From a virus, in the IMG/VR virus record IMGVR_UViG_3300045988_131044, positions 19,100 through 83,099 of that record: 64,000 nucleotides of DNA. One strand, given 5' to 3'. Shown here piece after piece: positions 47,633 to 57,925 of the stretch. Below the pieces are notes generated by a model. It searched no databases. It saw only the letters and a list, made by a program, of their open reading frames with translations, and had not been told where the DNA came from. A program made the position numbers and the translations under genes. Position 1 is the first letter of the stretch; every line of letters begins with the position of its first letter.

Positions 47633-48469
47633 TTAAAAATCAATTACCGCCCGAACCCCGTTACTATTGCACTTGCAGTTGCTGCCCGTGAGGCCATTGG
47701 AGAAGTACACGATCCATGCGGCGCTCTGGCTGTACTCGGTACTGGACCAATACCACGCCGAGCCTAACGGTTTTGCGCCTATGTATTCAAGCGCATCGTT
47801 TATACTGTCTTTGTAATGCGCCATTAGGTTGAGTTGTCTCAACGAAGGGATGTATTCGCCATCTTCCAGCAGATTTTTCAACTTTGGATTTCTGGCTACA
47901 AAGCGTTCCGTATTGTCGTGTCCGTCAATGTCAAACAGCGCATCACATTCACGTTCGTAATATGTCTCACCTCCGGATTCTTCACGGCTATCATCGTCAA
48001 GCAATTGTACGTTATCATGCTCCGTCAGTGAGATAGCAAACGATACGTCTTTGTGCTTTAATCCAATATAACGCACATTCTTTTTGAAATTCTCTCCAGT
48101 AAACGGCTCAGCGTGTCCGTTTCCGTAGATTAGATACAAACCATCTTTTCTTGATGGTACTCTATTTTCACATACGCATCTTTCATTTTTGGAACTTACA
48201 ATTATATTTAACTCATTTAACACATGATCTTTTATAACCTCCTTACATATTCTTTCTACAAAATCAGAATTTCTTTGTTTAAGTTCGTCATTAACCATAC
48301 ATCTGATCCAATGTTCTATTTGATTGTTATTCCCATATGTATTATTCATACACTGTTTTACAAGTTTTTCCAATAATGATTCTATGTTTTTGATTATGTC
48401 TTCTTTGGTAAGGTGAAGTTCATTTAGTATGCAGTTCCTTACCGCCTTGTATTCTTTACTTGTTCTCAT
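47633..48469 (-). CDS. protein with C-terminal DUF1566 (Lcl C-terminal)-like domain
   Basis: C-terminal LGSAWYWSSTEYSQSAAWIVYFSNGLTGSNCKCNSNGVRAVIDF. Confidence 0.5.
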   Translation of the reverse strand: MRTSKEYKAVRNCILNELHLTKEDIIKNIESLLEKLVKQCMNNTYGNNNQIEHWIRCMVNDELKQRNSDFVERICKEVIKDHVLNELNIIVSSKNERCVCENRVPSRKDGLYLIYGNGHAEPFTGENFKKNVRYIGLKHKDVSFAISLTEHDNVQLLDDDSREESGGETYYERECDALFDIDGHDNTERFVARNPKLKNLLEDGEYIPSLRQLNLMAHYKDSINDALEYIGAKPLGSAWYWSSTEYSQSAAWIVYFSNGLTGSNCKCNSNGVRAVIDF

Positions 48470-48480
48470 GATGATATTTT

Positions 48481-48717
48481 TTATAATTCAACTCCCTTAT
48501 TTTCCATTTCCTTAATTACCTTTCTTGCTGTCTCAAGTTCAAAAAGTCTCGCTATTGCTTCATCCTTCATTTTTTTAGCATTTCTGAATCTTTCAGGGTT
48601 TTCTCCTCTCTTAAAAAAGTCATAACCGGCCTCTTCGTATTCTGAAATGGATCTCTTTACTTCCATAACTGCTTTGAATGATTCATTTTCAAGATAAGCA
48701 TGTGCTGTTGGTTTCAT
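48481..48717 (-). CDS. hypothetical small protein
   Basis: ORF in array. Confidence 0.4.
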   Translation of the reverse strand: MKPTAHAYLENESFKAVMEVKRSISEYEEAGYDFFKRGENPERFRNAKKMKDEAIARLFELETARKVIKEMENKGVEL

Positions 48718-49367
48718 TTTAGTTCTTTGATTAAAGCATCCGCATATATCACAGCTAATTCAGCCGCCTTATCACACGCTTCCAATATTAATTCACCGTG
48801 AGGTCCACGCCCTGATACAGATGTGATCGGAAGCACAGTTTTCGCTATCTCGTATCTACGTTGTTCCCAATCTACATGGGTGTTACACGGTTCTTGATTG
48901 ACCTGTATATATCTTCCTTCAATATTAGAAGATCTTAATGTTTCCGCATTCTCTTCGCCGAATGCAACCAGAATAGACCCACATCCTGGACTTTCACCTA
49001 TTGTCCCATCTTCTCTGTGGAATTTCATTCTTCCTTTCATGAACAATATACCTTTCGCTTTCGGGAATACAACATCCTGAAACATCTTATTGTCAAGACG
49101 ATTGAAAAGAAGAGCTATTCCATTATTGTACTCTACCATACGAGTAATAAAATGCTCTATCGTCGGTCTTGAATAAGGTGGGTTTAACCATACCCTTCCT
49201 TCCCATTCCTGTTTTAATCCATCTTGTTCTTTGTTGTACATCACTCTGGCTGTCCTCCATAAAGGACGCATAGGCGCACATGGATCTAAATCAAATTCTC
49301 CTAAAGCATCTATAATCTCTTTAGGTGTGTACCATTCATCTGTACTATTTTTTTTTTGATTTTTCAA
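48714..49367 (-). CDS. dam: phage-type DNA N6-adenine methyltransferase (Dam, MT-A70/N6_Mtase family)
   Basis: DEWYTPKEIIDALGEFDLDPCA and WLNPPYS motifs; TTG start at 49367, or ATG at 49380 if A10 run is one base shorter. Confidence 0.75.
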   Translation of the reverse strand: MKNQKKNSTDEWYTPKEIIDALGEFDLDPCAPMRPLWRTARVMYNKEQDGLKQEWEGRVWLNPPYSRPTIEHFITRMVEYNNGIALLFNRLDNKMFQDVVFPKAKGILFMKGRMKFHREDGTIGESPGCGSILVAFGEENAETLRSSNIEGRYIQVNQEPCNTHVDWEQRRYEIAKTVLPITSVSGRGPHGELILEACDKAAELAVIYADALIKELK

Positions 49368-49398
49368 ATGATGTGTTCATATATTTATGTTTTATAAG

Positions 49399-50061
49399 TT
49401 AATCCCATCCTCCATCAGCATACAAAGATACGTCTTCCTCCTCTACATTCACACCCTTAAGAGCTTGCAGAAGCTTTTTCTTTGTCTCCCTACACATATT
49501 GTAACCATATCCCTTATACTTATATGATCTTTCCCATGTACTCACTGGGAAGGGGATATTTTCATCAATGACCAGCCTCTTCATATGAAGATGTTCGAAG
49601 AATTTATCATGGTATAGAAGTTTATACTCGTATCCTACTATATCAGTAGATGAGAATGGAAAATAATCATCTTCCTTTTCTTCGTATTTAGGCTCCTTAT
49701 AGTAAGCCATTTTTGTCACAGTAAAATCGAAGCTCCTAAGAATCTCTTCTGGCTTTCCAAACTCTGACTCTATGAACTCTATCCATACCTTTTCTCCCTC
49801 TTTCTGGAACGCACATACCTTCTCATTTCTGTACTTAAATTTCCATCCTTCTTTCTGATGTTTTTCATCATTGAACAAATCAACAGCTTCCTGAAAATCG
49901 CTTTCGCTTTCAAAGAAAATATCAATGTCTTTTACTTTTTCTCCGGAAAGAATATTCTTAAAACATCCACCAGCTATGAATCCTTTGTGGCCTTCCATAT
50001 ACTTGTCAAGCCATCTTATTTGCCATAAGTTATCGGGAGTATCTATTACAAAATTATTCAT
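49399..50061 (-). CDS. minimal nucleotidyltransferase of the CCA-adding enzyme / poly(A) polymerase head-domain type
   Basis: GFIAGGCFKNILSGEKVKDIDIFF matches GG.VRD.LLG...KD.D head motif (E. coli Cca [20 protein letters not shown]). Confidence 0.55.
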   Translation of the reverse strand: MNNFVIDTPDNLWQIRWLDKYMEGHKGFIAGGCFKNILSGEKVKDIDIFFESESDFQEAVDLFNDEKHQKEGWKFKYRNEKVCAFQKEGEKVWIEFIESEFGKPEEILRSFDFTVTKMAYYKEPKYEEKEDDYFPFSSTDIVGYEYKLLYHDKFFEHLHMKRLVIDENIPFPVSTWERSYKYKGYGYNMCRETKKKLLQALKGVNVEEEDVSLYADGGWD

Positions 50062-50079
50062 ATCGTTTATATTTTGCTG

Positions 50080-50334
50080 TTACCAAGCGAGATAAAAATT
50101 CCGCTTCACAATAATACAGTGAGTGTAATTACTCAGATCAATTCCATTATTCGTAAATGTATCCAGGACCCGTTTTTCCACGTATTTGAGTTTTACTACT
50201 ATCCTCTTCTTAAACACTTCTATTAACTTCTCATTGCACTCAATAGGTCCAATAAGACAGTATCTATTCGAGGGGCTGTCTGATATACAATATGTCTGAC
50301 ATCCTAACATGTTGCTTAAAATATTCTCATACAT
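50080..50334 (-). CDS. hypothetical small protein
   Basis: ATG ORF. Confidence 0.4.
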   Translation of the reverse strand: MYENILSNMLGCQTYCISDSPSNRYCLIGPIECNEKLIEVFKKRIVVKLKYVEKRVLDTFTNNGIDLSNYTHCIIVKRNFYLAW

Positions 50335-50593
50335 ATTTTTATGATTTTAATGTAGTGTCTACAAACGTCAAAACTGATAGTGAATGCGTTTTATCTACAT
50401 TTTTCGTAAATATATCTAACGCTAATATTTTCATTTCTCTTTTATTTATGCCTTTCAAAATGTTTACAACCGTTCTTTCTGGACGCTTTGATACGATGCT
50501 GTAATTTCGTACAGTACATAAAGAAATTCACGCACTGGTAAAACTTACATATACTACAATGCTGATCTTGTTCTTTTGATTCGTCTGTTTTAT

Positions 50594-50794
50594 TCATGAC
50601 CCCTTCTTTCTAAATGTTATATCAAAAGTCTGTAAATTCTTCAGTTCGGTATAAACTAACTCCCGAAAGAACCAGAACATTTTATATATCTCTTCATCTC
50701 TGGACGTTCCCCACACGTTCGCAGCCGCCTGAACCGCATCTTTCATGGAGAAACAAATCTGAGTCCAGTCGTCATATTCTTTCTCATCGTTCAT
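50594..50794 (-). CDS. hypothetical small protein
   Basis: ORF. Confidence 0.3.
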   Translation of the reverse strand: MNDEKEYDDWTQICFSMKDAVQAAANVWGTSRDEEIYKMFWFFRELVYTELKNLQTFDITFRKKGS

Positions 50795-50837
50795 AACCTC
50801 CCGGATTTGTTTCCGGGAATGTTCTATATATTCTTTA

Positions 50838-51050
50838 TTATAGTTCTGTTTTATGTTGTTTGTAATTATTTATAACTTTCACTTCTTCGCTCCACAAACG
50901 TCTCTTATATATCGGAGTGATGCCGATCAGAATGCCACTACCTTTACCCCAATACTGAAGTATTTTGGACTCAATTTTATGATGCAATTCTTGTATTCCT
51001 CCTTTGTTTCTGTCATAAGGAGAAAAATCAGATAACTTTACCGTTTTCAT
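50838..51050 (-). CDS. hypothetical small protein
   Basis: overlapping start with downstream gene. Confidence 0.35.
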   Translation of the reverse strand: MKTVKLSDFSPYDRNKGGIQELHHKIESKILQYWGKGSGILIGITPIYKRRLWSEEVKVINNYKQHKTEL

Positions 51051-51784
51051 TTTTCTGGATTTTCAGCAGTTCCTAAAAGACATTCATTACCCTCAAAAGG
51101 AATGCAACAGTCCCATAATGTTCCATTGGAACATTCATACTTATAAGACAATCCATCAGAATCGTCCACAATTTCCCTTGCAAACAAGCTGATATGCCAT
51201 TCTTTATCGCCCTCGTCTCTTACCAGCACTTTGTCAAACGGCTTAAACTCATATTTCGGCTCTTCTTTAATCCCGAAGAAGCGTTTCAGATACTCTTTAG
51301 CTTTAGGTTCTTTGCTTGCCTTTAATGCGTCAACCAACTTTTGTCTTTCGGACTCAGTGGCAAATCTGTATTTTTCTATCTGATTTTCCCCAGCAGATAA
51401 ACCATCTTTTATTTTAAGAATACCTTTTTGATTTAAAGAGGCATAAAAAGACGTTAAATATTTCCCATGTGTATTTAAAATAAAGATATAGCTACCATCT
51501 TTATTACTTAACACCTCTCCATCTTTAAATGTAATATATTCTGGAACTTCAAGAAGGAGGCGATTTTCGCTGCTAAGTGCTTTTCCTGTAGCAGAAAACC
51601 AGTCTGCCGATACAGAAATCGAATGAATTACAACCAATAACGGACAATTTGACGAATTGTCTTCATATACGATTTCTGCTCTATTTTGTCCTTTCTCTGT
51701 CACAATACGACCTGCTATTTCCCCTATGTTTATTTTTTTCGCCGTTTCTAAATCAAACGGAATTGTTGCTGTTCTCTGTTCCAT
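51047..51784 (-). CDS. hypothetical protein, tandem paralog of 51789..52532
   Basis: shared PFDL.TA.KI..GEI.G, KPFD.VLVR, HLFAR, KYEC, CIP[FY][EQ]GNE.LLGT motifs. Confidence 0.5.
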   Translation of the reverse strand: MEQRTATIPFDLETAKKINIGEIAGRIVTEKGQNRAEIVYEDNSSNCPLLVVIHSISVSADWFSATGKALSSENRLLLEVPEYITFKDGEVLSNKDGSYIFILNTHGKYLTSFYASLNQKGILKIKDGLSAGENQIEKYRFATESERQKLVDALKASKEPKAKEYLKRFFGIKEEPKYEFKPFDKVLVRDEGDKEWHISLFAREIVDDSDGLSYKYECSNGTLWDCCIPFEGNECLLGTAENPEK

Positions 51785-51788
51785 GATC

Positions 51789-52532
51789 TTATTTGCTTTT
51801 ATTAGTTCCTAAAAGATGCTCATTTCCTTGGTATGGAATACACTCTTTGTATCTCAAACCTCCCAAGCATTCATATTTGTATTCTTCTTCTCTTACTCTG
51901 GCAAATAAGTGTAGATTCCAATTTCCCAAATTGCTTGCTCTCACCAAGACTTGATCGAATGGCTTAAAATCGCATTTCTTTTCTTTAGTCAGCAAGTATT
52001 CGTACTCACTTAGATATTGTTTTATTATTCCTGCTTTTTTAAGGTTTTCTGTATTAGCAATTCTTTCAGCAAAAGATTTTTTCTCTTCCTCTGTGGCTAA
52101 TCTAACATACTTGGATTTATCCTCACCACACACACTTGTCCATATTGGAACTTCTTCAGATGTAATCTCGCCATATGCCGATATACCATATATGCATCCC
52201 ATATCTCCTTCTCTATTAATAATACCATTATATATAAATGGGTTCCCAAGCGTGCTTATTAATACATCTCCTTTCTTAAAATACGCTCCAGCCTCTACTT
52301 CCAATTCCAGAACGTTGTTGAAAAAAGTACGACCTTCTGTATCGGCATATATAGCACTTATCCCAGATTCATCTTTTTTTACAAAAAGTAAATTATAACG
52401 ATCTGCACAGTCTTTTGACTCATATACAAATTCTATTTTAATATTACCAATTAATACTGAACCTTCTATTTCTCCGCTTTTAATTTTTCTCGCCGTATTT
52501 AAATCAAACGGAACAATAATTGGATTTTCCAT
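51789..52532 (-). CDS. hypothetical protein, tandem paralog of 51047..51784
   Basis: as for 51047..51784. Confidence 0.5.
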   Translation of the reverse strand: MENPIIVPFDLNTARKIKSGEIEGSVLIGNIKIEFVYESKDCADRYNLLFVKKDESGISAIYADTEGRTFFNNVLELEVEAGAYFKKGDVLISTLGNPFIYNGIINREGDMGCIYGISAYGEITSEEVPIWTSVCGEDKSKYVRLATEEEKKSFAERIANTENLKKAGIIKQYLSEYEYLLTKEKKCDFKPFDQVLVRASNLGNWNLHLFARVREEEYKYECLGGLRYKECIPYQGNEHLLGTNKSK

Positions 52533-52578
52533 ATCTTTTTATTTTTAATTATGTAATCAATAAAACAAGATGGGTTAC

Positions 52579-53643
52579 TTAAACCCATCCCAGTTGTTTT
52601 GCAATACTTTCCATTTCGCTATACGCAATACGATGACACCCGGCTGTCAGTATATCGTTTTCATACCGGTTTATGCTCCACTTATTGCCATTCACATCCT
52701 CTACCAGGCCATGCCGGAACTGGCCTCCCCGGTGCAACAGCGACACCACCTGCCACATCCTTCTGGCTTCTTCTATCCCAATTCTTATTTGTTTGCTTGT
52801 TTCAATAATTCCTTCTTTTATACGCATCCAAGCATTTACGTCAGCAATATCAATAAAATAATATGAATGCAAGAAATTAAGTTCTCCTGACTTCCATTTT
52901 TCTAATCTTTCATAAAAATCCTTACGAAATTTGTCTAATTCTTCTTCCCTTGCCCTACGCTTTTTTTCCTGTTTTGTTTCTATATTTACTCTATGTCTTT
53001 CAACTCTTTCCCAATATTTCAACCAAGTTCCTTCACCACAAACTTCATCTACAATTACATTAACGGTTCCAAGGACTTCCAGTGCTTGATGATTCAACAA
53101 TATCTGGAAAATACGTTTCAATTCACGGGCATGTTCACGTTTAATCTTATCTGATTTATATGATAATTCATGATTAATTCCAATCCATTCGTTTGCGCTC
53201 TTTTTAAGAAGACTCTTGGGAGTCCCCATATCGAAAAACTCAATATAATCCATCAGATTTTTAAACGTTCCCCAAATATCTCGATAGGACAATTCGGCTC
53301 TTGCTTTTTTGTATTTTTCAATAGCATCTTTAATGGATTCCAACATATTGGTAACAAAGAGCATGTTGCCGATACAATATGATATATTACATTCAACATA
53401 GAATACCTTTGAGCCAGTTGGTATTGCTTCACGAACATAATATTGATGCTTGCTTGTAGTAGAAGAATAATATGTATCATTAATCAAATACGCCTTTTCT
53501 CCACGCTTGTTTCGCACGATTCTTCCGACCTCAAAATGTCTTCCATAGGAGTAAATACTTTCTCCTTCAAAATAGAAGTTACTACCATTTGCCGATTCTT
53601 GCTTTTCGTTTGCCCACAAGTGAGCGACCATTGAATTGTTCAT
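52579..53643 (-). CDS. hypothetical protein (354 aa)
   Basis: ATG ORF. Confidence 0.5.
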   Translation of the reverse strand: MNNSMVAHLWANEKQESANGSNFYFEGESIYSYGRHFEVGRIVRNKRGEKAYLINDTYYSSTTSKHQYYVREAIPTGSKVFYVECNISYCIGNMLFVTNMLESIKDAIEKYKKARAELSYRDIWGTFKNLMDYIEFFDMGTPKSLLKKSANEWIGINHELSYKSDKIKREHARELKRIFQILLNHQALEVLGTVNVIVDEVCGEGTWLKYWERVERHRVNIETKQEKKRRAREEELDKFRKDFYERLEKWKSGELNFLHSYYFIDIADVNAWMRIKEGIIETSKQIRIGIEEARRMWQVVSLLHRGGQFRHGLVEDVNGNKWSINRYENDILTAGCHRIAYSEMESIAKQLGWV

Positions 53644-53655
53644 ATAAGTATCTTT

Positions 53656-53970
53656 TTAATTGTTTAACTTACCTCTACTATATAATCCTCTTTGTTCATA
53701 TTTTTCAATACATTCGGTTATCATATCGCAGAACACTTGCCCTTCTTTTTCGGAACCTCTGAAGTAACCAATCATCTTCAGGATATTCCCGTTAAACTCA
53801 TGGACAAACTTGTTGTAATAATGTTCCCCCATAGCTTTCCCGTATTTTTCCATGAACAAATCTTTGTCCAACGACTCATCCTTAAAGCAGCGGTTGTAAT
53901 CCCATCTTACGACACGAAACAGTGTTTCGAAATTCAATCTTTCCATATCCTGTATTTTATTTAAGCTCAA
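53656..53970 (-). CDS. hypothetical protein (104 aa)
   Basis: ATG ORF. Confidence 0.4.
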   Translation of the reverse strand: MSLNKIQDMERLNFETLFRVVRWDYNRCFKDESLDKDLFMEKYGKAMGEHYYNKFVHEFNGNILKMIGYFRGSEKEGQVFCDMITECIEKYEQRGLYSRGKLNN

Positions 53971-54853
53971 ACTTGATACCTTCCGGCAACTGAGAGCGGT
54001 CCACCTTGTTCACAAAATCATCAAACTCTTCCTGTGTGATTTTTTTTCCATAACTATTCCAGTTGAAAGATAAAGTATTTAAGTGAGGGTAATATATAGC
54101 ATTATCAGTAGACAACCCATAATCAAACACACAGAGCATTATCTTTTTTTCTGCTTCTGCTTGTCTGATTCTCTTATCGTATCGCTCACAAATTTCAGCA
54201 CGCTTTTTCAACATCTCTGCCTTATGAGCCTCTTCCCTACGTTTTTCGATATTTTCTGCGGAATAATACCCGGCTTTAATGCGCTCTTCAACAAGCAAAC
54301 GTTCCTCGTCCGTTAATATCAAAGTAAACCTTTCCTTTTCCGGCGTATACGGATTTACCCATTTCTTGCCACACAGGTCTTCAAGTTCAACAAGAAGCTC
54401 GTCTGATTCACGTTTCCATCTATCCACAATCCCCAGATTGAAAAGCAGATACTTGAAATACATCTTATCCTCAGAGGCTTTATATAATTCTACGCATTCT
54501 TGTTCTGATATACGCAAATACTCCATTGCCACAGACATACCACTTCTTCTAACGTAATATATGCCATTTTCCACCGGATACATAGGAGCACCATAATGGT
54601 TACAAAGATGCAACGATATGAATTTCGCCAATTCCGGAAAATGTTTTGCAACTTCATCGTGGCAGCAGCCTCCTAAGTAATCCTCATATTTTCCATGCTT
54701 GTTTTTCCAGTCAACGTCGGCTGTTATGCTCCAGTCACACATATTGTTATGACAATCATCATCTAAAGATATTGTGACTGTTATTCTGTATTCTTCTTTG
54801 TTTTCTGTAAAGAATTTTGTACTTGAATAAATTAGTTTGTTTGCAGTTTCCAT
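53957..54853 (-). CDS. hypothetical protein (298 aa)
   Basis: ATG ORF. Confidence 0.5.
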   Translation of the reverse strand: METANKLIYSSTKFFTENKEEYRITVTISLDDDCHNNMCDWSITADVDWKNKHGKYEDYLGGCCHDEVAKHFPELAKFISLHLCNHYGAPMYPVENGIYYVRRSGMSVAMEYLRISEQECVELYKASEDKMYFKYLLFNLGIVDRWKRESDELLVELEDLCGKKWVNPYTPEKERFTLILTDEERLLVEERIKAGYYSAENIEKRREEAHKAEMLKKRAEICERYDKRIRQAEAEKKIMLCVFDYGLSTDNAIYYPHLNTLSFNWNSYGKKITQEEFDDFVNKVDRSQLPEGIKFELK

Positions 54854-54864
54854 ATTATTTTAGT

Positions 54865-55101
54865 TTAATCATTACGCTTGTAAAAAATAAAATCTGCACA
54901 TTCTCCCGGTGTATTATTAGCGTTATTGTACCAATAAAAACCTTCTGTTTTCCAGTCTACATCTACGGGATCTTCTTTTACTCGTTCCAAGAAATTCCTT
55001 ATTTCTCGTTCTTCATTATCTGACAAACCTGTATAATCACCATTTATCAGAGCACGAGCCCAATAAACTGGAAGCCTGTATCTTGTTACCTTTATACTCA
55101 T
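54865..55101 (-). CDS. hypothetical small protein
   Basis: ATG ORF. Confidence 0.4.
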   Translation of the reverse strand: MSIKVTRYRLPVYWARALINGDYTGLSDNEEREIRNFLERVKEDPVDVDWKTEGFYWYNNANNTPGECADFIFYKRND

Positions 55102-55490
55102 AGCTTCATTAATTTACAATTACTATCTTCAAATACAGGGACCATGCCCTGTCCCCTGAAATAAGCAGTAGCTAACTTAAAAGCGTACAGCGGATTCACT
55201 TTCTTAATTTCTCGCTGTGATTTATAGAAAGATAACGGCTGACATATATAGAAATTTTCATTGCCAAGACTCCCAAAAAGCCAATCCATACTACCTTCAT
55301 CACAATTAGTGCCACCCAGTATTATTAAATCACATCCGGTCTTCCGGGTCCCTAAGATGAATGTCTTGTTCTTATTCTCTGGCCGCATAAATATCTCTTT
55401 ATCAATACTAAACCAGTCGCTCTGGCAACTCTCCACATCCCGGCGGACAATTTCGTCAATTTCAAATGCATATTCTTCTTGTGTTTTCAT
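55098..55490 (-). CDS. hypothetical protein (130 aa)
   Basis: overlapping stop/start. Confidence 0.45.
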   Translation of the reverse strand: MKTQEEYAFEIDEIVRRDVESCQSDWFSIDKEIFMRPENKNKTFILGTRKTGCDLIILGGTNCDEGSMDWLFGSLGNENFYICQPLSFYKSQREIKKVNPLYAFKLATAYFRGQGMVPVFEDSNCKLMKL

Positions 55491-55502
55491 AAGGCATATT
55501 AT

Positions 55503-55916
55503 TTAAAAGAAACTCCAACAAAATGTTACGATAAATTCTCCCATTCCGTATTCAGCAAGTTGCTTAAACGATTCTATCCCATTGCAATAATAAAAAACAT
55601 TATCATTGTCATCATCGTTGATACTCAATGATAGTTTTATTGTCACTCTTTCATCATCTCCTGTCTCTTTCCATACAATCTGACATTCTACGTATTCAGG
55701 CTCCTTCCTTGTTCTTTCTACAAATTCATGAAACCTTAAATCAATTTCATGTTTGACTTCTTCAATGTTGGATATTATCACCTCGTTTTCACAATCCGCG
55801 CAAATAGCATGCATGAAAGATCCATCAAAATAATCTATTATTTTTCCGGTATTCGGATTTACTATGGCTTCACAGGAAACATTTGTTCCACCACATCTTG
55901 TACATATATATCCCAT
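55503..55916 (-). CDS. Zn-ribbon protein (CTRCG...CADC)
   Basis: CxxC pairs. Confidence 0.45.
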   Translation of the reverse strand: MGYICTRCGGTNVSCEAIVNPNTGKIIDYFDGSFMHAICADCENEVIISNIEEVKHEIDLRFHEFVERTRKEPEYVECQIVWKETGDDERVTIKLSLSINDDDNDNVFYYCNGIESFKQLAEYGMGEFIVTFCWSFF

Positions 55917-56060
55917 AATTATCTGTTTTTAAAATGTTCAATAATTTCATCTACCGTAGCCTTACGCCATGTGATACAGCCCGCGTCTCCCCTAAACCGG
56001 AGCTCTTCGCACTTTACCCACCTGTCTCCTGTGGCGTCCGTCACTATCAGCCATTATAAC

Positions 56061-56915
56061 CTATTCTTCTAAGCCATTCTCTATCATGGCTTCCTTTATC
56101 AATTCATCTGTCTCCTCGTAACATCCCCAGCAAGAATCAACCTCTTCCCATTCTTCACAATCTTCATCCTCCCTTGATTCGTCTTTGTTTTTCTTGGTAA
56201 ATGCTACCTTCTTTTCAAGAACGTACCCTTTTACATCTCCCCACATCCACATACCTATGGACTTTACTTCATCATCTATAATCTTGGCACAATCTTCTTT
56301 CCAATCTCCTTCTTTGTCGCAGACTTCATTATCATATTTTTCTTTTGTAACGTATGCTATCCCTTTTATATAATCACCTTGATTATAACCCCTTGTTGAC
56401 CACTCTATAGCTACCACATCTTTTCCATATTTGGATATGATATCTAACAGGTCTTCATCATCCAGATCCTCTATTAATTCTCCTCTGTAATCAAAGTCCT
56501 TCAAATCACCTGGTAAAAACTCTTGACCTATATATGGACTTGTCTTATGCTTCAACTCCCATACATTGCTACCTCTGTTGTATGTGAATGAGATCCCATT
56601 CGCTTCCCCTTTCTTTAAATATTTTACAATATCTTTCTGTTTTATATGCTTCATTACAATAGCATCAATAACATCTCTAAGATCATGCTTGTTATCGTAG
56701 AAGAAAGTTTTCCAATTGCATTCATCATGCAATCGATGCATATCAGAGTATTCAAAAAAGAATGACCCAAACAAACCCCAATTAGTTATAGGGCATTCTG
56801 AATCATGGCAATAATACACTTTAATGCGATAATCGCCTACTTCTTTTGTTGTAATAAGATCGTCTTCCATGTCTTTATATTTTAAATAGTTCTTATTTTT
56901 TTCTGCTGCTGTCAT
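56061..56915 (-). CDS. hypothetical acidic protein (284 aa)
   Basis: ATG ORF. Confidence 0.5.
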   Translation of the reverse strand: MTAAEKNKNYLKYKDMEDDLITTKEVGDYRIKVYYCHDSECPITNWGLFGSFFFEYSDMHRLHDECNWKTFFYDNKHDLRDVIDAIVMKHIKQKDIVKYLKKGEANGISFTYNRGSNVWELKHKTSPYIGQEFLPGDLKDFDYRGELIEDLDDEDLLDIISKYGKDVVAIEWSTRGYNQGDYIKGIAYVTKEKYDNEVCDKEGDWKEDCAKIIDDEVKSIGMWMWGDVKGYVLEKKVAFTKKNKDESREDEDCEEWEEVDSCWGCYEETDELIKEAMIENGLEE

Positions 56916-56919
56916 AATA

Positions 56920-57123
56920 TTAATCTGTTATTCTGTAATAATAATCAAGTTCTTCTCCCTTAAAGTTATTCATGGCATACTCGTCAGCTTCTCGCCATTC
57001 TTTAAATTTTAGCTTTATACTTCCACCGTTCTCCGCTAATGCCTCTTTGATGTACTTTAATCTTTTTGCATTCAGATCAACCTCTGCTTTTTCTATTTCT
57101 TTGTACAATTCATTCAGATCCAT
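56920..57123 (-). CDS. hypothetical small protein
   Basis: ATG ORF. Confidence 0.35.
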   Translation of the reverse strand: MDLNELYKEIEKAEVDLNAKRLKYIKEALAENGGSIKLKFKEWREADEYAMNNFKGEELDYYYRITD

Positions 57124-57210
57124 ATTCCACTATATTTATGTTGTCAAATTTTTCTTTTATAACATCCAAGGCGCCACGCTCGTTTGTTACCATAACATAC
57201 TTTCCTGGCT

Positions 57211-57462
57211 TCATTCCTTTATTCTACTTATTTTTAAATTGTTGTTCTTACAGTATTCCTTTATCCAACTATCCGTTAGATAACGATTAACTCTATCGTA
57301 TTTCTTTTTCGGACCCTTGCTCCAGAATTTCCATTCGTTTGTAATATCGTTCCCATATTTATCAAACCAGTAGATATAATACACTACGTTACCGTATAAA
57401 TCCACTCTTTTTCTTTCCTGTATGACTACCTCATAAGGTATCTCCTTGTCTCTTTTTCCCAT
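57211..57462 (-). CDS. hypothetical protein (83 aa)
   Basis: AAGGAGG SD before internal ATG 57462; longer ORF to 57528 lacks a ribosome-binding site. Confidence 0.4.
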   Translation of the reverse strand: MGKRDKEIPYEVVIQERKRVDLYGNVVYYIYWFDKYGNDITNEWKFWSKGPKKKYDRVNRYLTDSWIKEYCKNNNLKISRIKE

Positions 57463-57514
57463 CTTTGTCCTCCTTTCTTGAATAAAAAAAACGGCACCTA
57501 ACTTACATGGAAAA

Positions 57515-57925
57515 CTACTTAACCTCAACTAATTCTACAGAGTTGTAGAATTTAGTGAAGCTACCAACAAATTCTCTTATATTTTTATATTCTTCTGGTC
57601 GTTTTCTGTTACCGTCTTTTATGTAATTTACCCACAGTCTATCCTCTATGTTCTTAATCGCATTCTCTATCGTAAATTCGTCGCTGACACACATTAAACA
57701 CGAAGACCCTGTTTTCTTATGCGGTTTATACACCCTTGAAAAAGACCATATTTTTATCCTGTCGTATATATATCCGTTGTTTGGATAAACGAACCCTATT
57801 CGACTGTCGCCTTCTTTAGCATAAAACACACCTGGCTCTTTCCCGCCTTTCTTATACACAATAAATCCTTTTTCTTTTAGGATCTTAACCACTTTATCTA
57901 ATTTATTTTCTACGTTCATTTTCAT
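57515..57925 (-). CDS. hypothetical protein (136 aa)
   Basis: ATG ORF. Confidence 0.45.
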   Translation of the reverse strand: MKMNVENKLDKVVKILKEKGFIVYKKGGKEPGVFYAKEGDSRIGFVYPNNGYIYDRIKIWSFSRVYKPHKKTGSSCLMCVSDEFTIENAIKNIEDRLWVNYIKDGNRKRPEEYKNIREFVGSFTKFYNSVELVEVK

